Translations under genes and position numbers: made by a program | Notes under the pieces: generated by a model | The model's database searches: none | What the model saw: the letters and a program-made list of their open reading frames with translations, nothing else | What the model was told of the DNA's origin: nothing | Shown: piece after piece, positions 10,310 to 17,723 of the stretch | How positions within the stretch are numbered: position 1 is the stretch's first letter | Layout of the letters: each line of letters opens with the position of its first letter | NCBI GenBank assembly: GCA_043228905.1 | Contig: JBHGNT010000685.1 | Coordinates: 1-17,723 of the forward strand | DNA: 17,723 bases | Direction of reading: 5' to 3' | DNA from: Azolla caroliniana | Lineage: Eukaryota; Plantae; Polypodiophyta

Positions 10310-10800
10310 ATTGGTGTGGTCGACATAAGGATCATGCTTATCACCACCAACCAAAAAAGACCACATGATTAATAGGATCAATACACAAATCCACCACTTC
10401 CTACACCTTGTTGCACCTTAGGATGCTTGTACATTGACTAACAAACTAACCCCTACCAATCTCCACTCATAGATCCGGTGCTTCTAATGCAACCAAATTA
10501 AATACTTCAATGGATAATGAGAAGGGACCAGAGACCAACTTCATTGCAACTACTATAGATGTACACCCCAAAAATCAATGAAGAATGCAAAGCCTTTGGG
10601 CAAATTCAAAAGAACGTACAACACCTAAATCCAAGCATTGGTATGGAAGCAAATTGGAATATAAGCTTTACACATTGCTACTACTAATAATGTTGGAGAA
10701 CTCCCTAATATTTATGTGGGTGAGAGTAACCACATGGACGAGTTCTGCCAACTCCATCACCCATGGCTTCACCAACCAGTCCCAATTATATTTGGCTAGT
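10310..10800 (+). mobile_element. Possible highly decayed Ty3/gypsy integrase relic
   Basis: Scattered weak motifs in integrase order (VVD; SLW..GSKL; MLENSL/IYVG; NSITHGFTNQS). Confidence 0.3.
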
Positions 10801-12002
10801 CAACTCTCCCACTAAATCTACTTTTGATTTTGAAATTGTGGTTCTGGTTGCAATTGAATCCCTTGTCACGACCAACATACCATCGACCATGACCATCACA
10901 AAGGACATTTCCATAAACTCGTAGCCGGATTTGTGCTCGATGAGCACTCTCCAAATCAACACGGGTCTGGTTTCCAAGAGTTAGCGACTAACTATGGGCG
11001 GCATAGATTTTATTGGAGAGCATTCTTACCAATTATTAGGCTTAAAAATATGGAAAACATATCCTATTTCACCTTTGGATGACTTTGAGTAGCTCGATAC
11101 ATTCGACATCCTGAAGAACCTCATCAATAGAAAAAAGGTATATTCAATAGGTAAGCATAATCTTAATCGAAGATTGCCAATCGCAGCATTCAAATATACT
11201 AATTGGGATTTGCATCAATTGCCACTAAATGGATCCACAGATCAGCAAGCACTTGATGATAATGGGACTTGTGGCTCCTTGTTTCTTGAATCCAGCTTTA
11301 ACATCGCAATTAATGGGATCCATAGTGCAACATTTGAAATTTATTAAGAACAGAGATCATACCAAACTCCATTCATGATTAACTCTTCCACTTGGAAAAT
11401 ATCCACTGCCTAAATCAGGAGAAATATAATCTAAAACTCAAATACAGATTCTTTAGCATTCCTACTTCATTCAACAGATTCAGAACATATACAAAACTCA
11501 AAGTATGTCAATAATGTTAAATCCACAGTAGTGAATGGAAATTCTCAAATTTCAAATGGAGATTATTTAAACTTTGTGCAATTTATTCAATGATCAAAGT
11601 ATTAACTCTGTTTCCTTTTACTCAAACCTTTAGAAAATAAGCCTGCTCTGGAACTCTGCGAATGTATTCGAAGATTATCTTTACTAAATCGACTCATTGA
11701 ACAAAGTTCAAACGCTGCTAAATGGATCCATTGATCAACATTTCGACTCTAGGTAATGAATTTCGAGATTGATGTTGGAACTCTACCAAATGAATTAGAC
11801 ATCAAACCTGCTATTCTCTAAAGTGCATACAAAAATAAATTTTTTAACTCGATAAGATGGAACCAGAGTCAAATATTTGCAGGACAATATCAAATTGACA
11901 ATTATGGATTCATAGAGGAATCATCGTACAGACAATCTCCAAAAGTGTCAAAAATATGACAGAGACTAGCAGACATAGTTATACCTTGCATTTTCTTTTA
12001 CT

Positions 12003-12623
12003 TTACTTAGTCTTAGAATCAGGTATGGCAAATATGCCACCACTAGCGGCGTTTCGGGGCGGAGCAAACCCTAGCAGTTTCTGAAGGTTTGATCTAATAC
12101 TAACAGAACATAAGAAGTAGAGAAAAACCATGGCACAGTCTGTTGGATCATCACCACCGAGACCGCGATGGCTCATTCTCTGAATAAAAGGTAAAGGAGC
12201 GAAAGGAAGCTTCGCCACAACCTTGCCTTCAAAGAGAGAGTTGAGAAGACCGAAGACAACCAGAAGAACTATGGCCACAACTCCTCCTGATTTGAACTTC
12301 GAGAAAGAAAGATCGCGATTTGATTCCTTCAAACTTGTCTCTAATCGATCCATCTTTTTACCTTTAGAACTCTTGGAAACAGAAGAAAATGAAGAAGATG
12401 ATGACAACGATGAGGAGGAGGAGGAGGAGGAAGATACGGCAGAAGACCCCGTCCCTTTCATTAGTTCGAGCTTTCTTGAAGCTTTATCAATGGTGGATCG
12501 AAGGCTTTTGTAGGAGTTTGTTCTGTAGATGAGGATCCATGAGATGGCCTCGCAGATCAAGGCGGTGGCGCAGGAGATCGAGAGAATTATGACACTGTCG
12601 ATGTAACGGAGCGAGAGCGCCAT
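12003..12623 (-). CDS. TMCO1: TMCO1 / DUF106 (Oxa1 superfamily) ER membrane protein, 206 aa, single coding exon
   Basis: CEAISWILIYRTNSYKSL, KKMDRLETSLKESNRDLSFSKFKSG, FEGKVVAKLPF, MSHRGL.GDDPTDCAMVFLYFLCS and LLGFAPPR are characteristic plant TMCO1 motifs; intact ORF. Confidence 0.95.
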   Translation of the reverse strand: MALSLRYIDSVIILSISCATALICEAISWILIYRTNSYKSLRSTIDKASRKLELMKGTGSSAVSSSSSSSSSLSSSSSFSSVSKSSKGKKMDRLETSLKESNRDLSFSKFKSGGVVAIVLLVVFGLLNSLFEGKVVAKLPFAPLPFIQRMSHRGLGGDDPTDCAMVFLYFLCSVSIRSNLQKLLGFAPPRNAASGGIFAIPDSKTK

Positions 12624-12716
12624 AGCTAAAAGCAGAGATTAGGGATAGATATAAACAAATAGATCGATATGATAGGAGAAATATGTATAAAAGAAGGGTG
12701 CGACAGAAACAGACGG

Positions 12717-12725
12717 AAACCCTAA
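12717..12725. promoter_or_regulatory. Telo-box (AAACCCTAA) ~95 bp upstream of the TMCO1 ATG
   Basis: Exact motif followed on the minus strand by a CT-rich leader, as is typical near plant housekeeping gene starts. Confidence 0.45.
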
Positions 12726-13439
12726 TTAAGGAGGGCTGGACACAGTTATTTTAAAAAAGGGGCATTACATGATTAATGAAAAGGAATGGGATTAGGTAAT
12801 TACATACCATACCCCCCTTTGCTTTCCCAGTAATTCTCACCCATGTCCCTGACCCACACATGTGCTCATCTGGTAAAACCCGTCACTGGACCGTCCAATC
12901 TGTCCGTCCATAAGCATCTCGTGTCGGACATTCCTCGCCTCAATTTAGAAAGGAGCTCATCCGGGGACGGCCCCACCTTGTTGTAGATACAAGATACATG
13001 AACACAGCTATCATAAGTGAACATACACTTGCGCACCAGCTTCAGCTTCGGTGCACACATTCTCGCTCGAATTATGACAATACAATCACTCGTTAAAATA
13101 GGAAATCTCACACTTCCATATGCACACACGTTACTATGGGGAACTTTTAAGTGTTCCCTCACATACTAAAAGGAGAAATATTTGGGTGTATGTATTCGTA
13201 CCATCTCGAACATCCAACTTTGGCAAACTCTAAAGAAAACATCTTCAAGCCCATTGCCCTTGGTTCAAAATCATGGTGATCACATTCACATTTCATAGCA
13301 TGCACATGTATTCCCATGACATCTTGGTTAACTTCATGAGAAAGAGCGATAGGGGAATATGGCAAGACCACAAATCTAATGAAAACATTCTGAGGATGGT
13401 ACCAATGATGATGGGTTGTGTGCTTTAGGAATGGGCAAC

Positions 13440-13930
13440 ATGAGGGGATTTGACATGGCCATAGAAAGGATTGTGGAGACCATCAACCATTTTGACACAA
13501 GGGATTTCTCCTACTTTGTTGAAGCATTTAAAGTAGACATGGATATGAGAGGTACAATCGAGGCTAGACGACTCAACACTTTTGCAAAAGTTGTGACAAT
13601 GATCCTTTAAGCTTGACTCCTCAAACTTCAAACAACCAACCCAAGCTGGAAAACTTTTAAAGGATTATTGTTAAAAGAATATGCTCTGAATGACTCCATT
13701 AAGATGACAAAGGGAATTAGTCTTCAAGGAAAACAATGGTTCTCACTGCCACCTAAGAATTTGAAAGAATGTTTGGGTGGCTCTTGGCACTTGACAATAT
13801 TATATTAGACTAAATAAAGTTTTTGTGTTCCTCAAGGTGCTATATGTAGAACATAGACATGACAGAGGAATTTTATTGGAGGACAATGAGGGTCTAGTTT
13901 CATATCAACGTGATGTTAAAAGGACTTGTT
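13440..13930 (+). mobile_element. Degenerate Ty3/gypsy-type gag relic
   Basis: FDTRDFSYFVEAFKVDMDMRG..RRLNTF; WKTFKGLLLKEYALNDSIKMTK; KVFVFLKVL..GILLEDNEGLV..VKRTC, in shifting frames. Confidence 0.6.
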
Positions 13931-14464
13931 GTCTCTTGTCACATTGGATCCATTAGAGAATATGGTTCAATGTACGAGGACCCTAGATTCATTAGGAACA
14001 GGGGACACACGATATGTGCAGCCAGCCAAGATCGAGAATGTAGGTAGTGGAAGGGTATGTCAAGGGGAAAATTGTCAATGATTTTCTAGGATCATATATA
14101 AAAGATGTCCAACTTTGGTCACCTCCCATCCAGCAACATTCAAGGTTTGTAAAAGGTACCCTAGACCACTAGATAGGAATTACAAGGACTTCCAAAATGT
14201 GTTATACTGTAATGTTCTCAATTTCCTTGACAAATGGATTCCCCATGCTTCGGAAATGAGTTTCATTCATGATGGTGTGGAGAAGCTCATGGAGTAAGCT
14301 AAAAGGAGAAATGTGCAACATATTATTCCAGTTTAGCTAGGATTAGAGTTGAATAAGAAACGAGAAGTCATAATTCATGCAAGGTTGAGTTCTAGGCAAT
14401 TTTTTTAAAGAAACTTCAGAGTGACGAAACAAAGGAGGCCAATAAAAGATTCCACATGGCAACC

Positions 14465-14644
14465 GGATGGGAGGCCCAATAGAATGAATGTGGGCTTTGT
14501 CAAAATAGCTTACCAAAATTACAAGATCTTGGTTGTTGAGGAAATAAAAAGGATGGATGGGAGGCCCAATAGAATGAATGTGGGCTTTGTCAAAATAGCT
14601 TACCAAAATTACAAGATCTTGGTTGTTGAGGAAATAAAAAGGAT
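14465..14644. repeat. Perfect 2 x 90-bp tandem duplication
   Basis: 14465-14554 is identical to 14555-14644. Confidence 0.97.
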
Positions 14645-15483
14645 TGATGAGCAAGTGGATGCCTAAAAAACACTTGAGGCAAAAGAAAGAAGCCAAAAGA
14701 AAAGAGGAGACAATGATGTTGGTGATGAATGAAAAAGGAAAAGAGGGATGACCTTTGAGCAAACCATATATCTGAAGTACGATGTTGTGAAAATTTGCGG
14801 AGGGCACAAAAATGCAAGTTGGACCAACAAGGACTTCAAATGGGGAAAGTGAAATTGTGTGACTCTACTAGTGAAGGTTTGTGACAATTCTACAAATATG
14901 CTAGTAGGTGGTCATGCTTCAAACTTTCCTCTTCACTTTTTACTAAGTACACTTTAGAACATATATTTTGTGTATTTTTTAGCTAGAAAAATATGTGCGC
15001 TCCTATACATGTAGTTGCTTATGTATACATAGTGCATTTGAGCTTATTGTTAATCCTTAGGGCCGGACAACAGCCTAACACAAGGTGTCCACTTAAGACA
15101 CTTCACCAAAGGGTGTTACGATGTTGTGAAGATTTTCGGCAATAGTGTGAAAATCCCATAAAACGTACGAAATCGAGTATGAATCACGTAGTACAATAAT
15201 TGTGAAGATAACATTTTAAATAGATTTAATATCTAAGTACAAAATGATGGAGGTTTCGAATGCACTTTATTACACGAGAAACGGACAACTAAATGTCAAG
15301 ATATAAGGGTATAAAGTTTGTAAAAGGAAAGGAGAAAATTGTGAGATATCCCACATAGGCACGACAAATACAACTCTCATCATATATAAGGTGGAACAAA
15401 AGATATTATCTTTGTGTCTATGTGTAGAGCATAGAGAGTTCAAGGTAACTTGAACTAAGAGTGGAGGTGGGCTAGCTACTTGT

Positions 15484-15592
15484 AAAGGGTTTTGGCCAAC
15501 CAAAACCGGATCGGCAATCCGGAGCCGATGATCCGGCGGAATCCGACGGCAATCCGGAGCCGGCAATCCGGCGGTATACGGCGAACCGACGA
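15484..15592. repeat. GC-rich ATCCGG / CGGCAATCCGG repeat cluster, possible DNA-transposon (hAT-like) subterminal region
   Basis: CGGCAATCCGG starts at 15512, 15547 and 15561, with extra ATCCG copies; preceded by AGGGTTTT..AAAACCGG. Confidence 0.5.
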
Positions 15593-15630
15593 CTAGATAT
15601 ATAAATATATATACATATTTACATATACAA

Positions 15631-15704
15631 GGAGGGCAAGTAAGGATTCGAACCTTGCACCTCCAAGTTAAGAGTCAATTGGCTTACCATTAAGCCATGC
15701 TATT
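15631..15704 (-). ncRNA. tRNA-Lys(CTT)-like pseudogene / tRNA-derived SINE head
   Basis: Minus strand: A box TGGCTTAATGG (15697-15687), anticodon-loop-like CTCTTAA, B box GGTTCGAATCC (15654-15644). Acceptor and anticodon stems pair poorly; an AT-rich tail follows. Confidence 0.65.
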
Positions 15705-16147
15705 TAGTTAAAATTATATTTCTATCATTGTACTTTTACATGTAAATTCTCATACATGAGAACTAAAATGAGTGACATGGTTATCATGCACCACATGTAA
15801 TACATAAGCGCCAAATGGCAAACATGCAATTTATGCATGTCTTGTACCCTCACATGCATCATATGCATGAGAGCATCTATAAAAGAGGGAAGGGGGAGGA
15901 GAAAAAACACGGTTTTTTTTATGAAAATTAAGAGGAAGAAATTCGTTATCAAATTGATCGTGTAACTTGTTTCTTAAATCTAAAGTTAAAAGTTCAATCA
16001 ATCTCTCTCAATCGTGTAATCTCAACTTCTCTCTTTCCCAATCTATCTTAAGTAACTTTCTCGCTAAAGCTTGCGCCAAAGCTTGTACCAACATTGAATC
16101 CTTCCGGTCCAGAACCCCGGCGGTTCCGCCTCACGATCCGCGCGTAG

Positions 16148-16499
16148 TGACAGATCTTCACGACAACGGCGAGATAACTTATGACACAACGCTTAATTGG
16201 ACCTTAATCGGTTACTTAGCAAGACATCATTAACACGCGTAAGATATACAATAAGCACAGAATGGTGAACAATACTCAATGATTAAACAAAAGGTTTTTA
16301 TTACTCTTCGTTCATGACTACATTATAACCGGCCTTTATATAGGTCATTGGTGCGAAGTACAAAACGGTGCCAACCAGCACCTTTTCGGAATCGGTCCGT
16401 ATCCGGATCGGCATACCGATTTCGGTCAGTCCGTCCACATCTTCTCATATATTAATCTATATATTAAGACTAGTAATTTCAACAGATACCTAAATAACA
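16148..16499 (-). mobile_element. 3' LTR (352 bp) of an LTR retrotransposon
   Basis: Minus strand TGTTA...TGTCA termini; TATATAAA at 16342-16335; AATAAA at 16302-16297; adjacent PPT. The left boundary at 16148 is less certain. Confidence 0.7.
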
Positions 16500-16500
16500 A

Positions 16501-16511
16501 TTCCCCTTTTC
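16501..16511 (-). other. Polypurine tract (GAAAAGGGGAA)
   Basis: Lies 1 nt upstream of the LTR TG on the minus strand. Confidence 0.75.
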
Positions 16512-16592
16512 ACACCTTAGTTTTTGCCGGCCGGGTAACACATGGCACGCCCGTGGGACAGTACCTTGTACGTCGAATCCCAAACTGGCCCC

Positions 16593-17723
16593 TTACTCTT
16601 CGTTTAAGATATCCAAGATGCTTTGCTCTAGGGTCTCCAATGGTTCTACGGGAATCTGTTGTGGCTGTTGTTGCTGCTGATGCGGCTGCTTCGATTGTGG
16701 CTGGGGTTGCTTCTCCGTTTGTGGCTCCGACTTTGGCTACGGCTCCGATGGTTGCTCTGGCACCGGCGTTTCCTTCGTTGTTTCCTCCGTCAGAGTTGTC
16801 TCTGGTTGACTTACCCTGGCTTGGTCTCCGTCTGGTCCTTGTACCGGCGACGATTCCTCATCACTGAGGTTGACCATTGCCGCCTGCATTGCTTTTTCTT
16901 CCCTAAGCCGGGACCGATCGTAGCTCTCAAACTGGATTTGAGTATCCATCTGATCATCGTTCAGTTGAGCTATGAGTTACCGGACCTGCACCAATTGCTC
17001 ATCCGCTAGAGCTGTGAAATCTTCTGCTAGCTCATCCTTTATGGTGGTGAAGTCCTCTGATGTGAGCATGTAACAGTCGTCACTTTCCTTCCACCGGTTT
17101 TCGGCGTCCGCCCTAAGCAACTGGAGTTCAGCCGTATTTTGCGCCCATTTCGTTCATCATCGCACAGAGCTCTCGTCAATCAAGCATTTGGTCTTGTTTA
17201 GCCATGACCGGAGGATGCACTGGATCTGTTCCATTCCCATCTATGATTTGTTCTCCGCGGCTTGTCGCTCCTCTTTCAATTGCTTGATGATTCTGACCAT
17301 GTCCGCCTCCTGCTCCCTATAATGCAACAATTGACTCTGATAGGTTGTTTGCAACCTCTGTAACACCATTGTCGCCCTTTCCTTTTCTTCATTGTGCTGC
17401 TTGTGGAGCTCCATCCGGTCCCTCGCCGCTTCCTCCAATAGCTTTGTATTCTTAGCCCGTTCGTCGGCGAGTGCCGTTGTGGCCCTATCAACTTCCTGTC
17501 GGAGCTCGGCCATCCTTTCCTGCTGTTGCTTATACTTCGTGTCCAAGCTCTTAAAGTTCCGGTGCAGGTGGTCGAAGTCCTCTGTCTTCTGCTTCAGCCT
17601 TTGGTTGATTTGCCAACGAGCGCAGTCTTCCCGGTCCTTTTGTTGACGGAGTTCTTCTTTCAGCCTTTCATCGCCATCCGTCGAAGCTTATCCTTCTCCT
17701 GCAACAATTTTTCTTTTTCCTCC
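16593..17723 (-). pseudogene. Retrotransposon internal long coiled-coil ORF (3' part; interrupted)
   Basis: ORFs 17241..17546 and 16737..16949 share one frame that continues to TAA 16595-16593. It has five internal stops and one apparent frameshift near 17670-17690. E/K/R/Q-rich, then an acidic P/Q-rich tail. Confidence 0.75.

Noticed and set aside
12223-12513. Acidic 96-aa ORF on +
   Set aside because: Antisense reading of the TMCO1 poly-Ser codons
13159-13405. Minus-strand YHPQN..VLP integrase-like hint
   Set aside because: A single short motif; too weak to call
14343-14887. ORFs with a duplicated 30-aa peptide
   Set aside because: A product of the 90-bp duplication in low-complexity DNA; no domain recognised
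15631-15704. Functional tRNA-Lys gene
   Set aside because: Acceptor and anticodon stems do not pair; treated as a pseudo-tRNA/SINE head
16553-17009. Hydrophobic or LRLW-repeat ORFs on + (env-like appearance)
   Set aside because: Antisense shadows of the P/Q/E-rich minus-strand ORF

Overview
Eukaryotic land-plant nuclear DNA: AT-rich, spliced and repeat-rich. The PPR and retroelement style suggests a fern or other non-seed plant (inference only). Two convergent host genes: (1) a divergent LONESOME HIGHWAY (LHW)-family atypical bHLH gene on +, five intact coding exons 1004-3820, about 676 aa; (2) an intronless TMCO1-family ER membrane insertase/Ca2+-channel gene on - (12003-12623) with an expanded poly-Ser linker. 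Between and after them lie a PLS-class PPR pseudogene fragment, two decayed LINE fragments in opposite orientations, Ty3/gypsy gag and integrase relics, a tRNA-Lys(CTT)-like SINE head, and the 3' end of a minus-strand LTR retrotransposon (LTR 16148-16499, PPT, and a long stop-riddled coiled-coil ORF). The most interesting element is the LHW-like gene. The exons for its N-terminal domain appear to have decayed into a uORF-containing leader, while the rest stays open. It has also gained a 3x ~60-aa internal repeat and carries bHLH and ACT-domain changes, so it is a candidate truncated or neofunctionalised LHW paralog (or a young pseudogene). All family assignments are from recalled motifs, not database searches.
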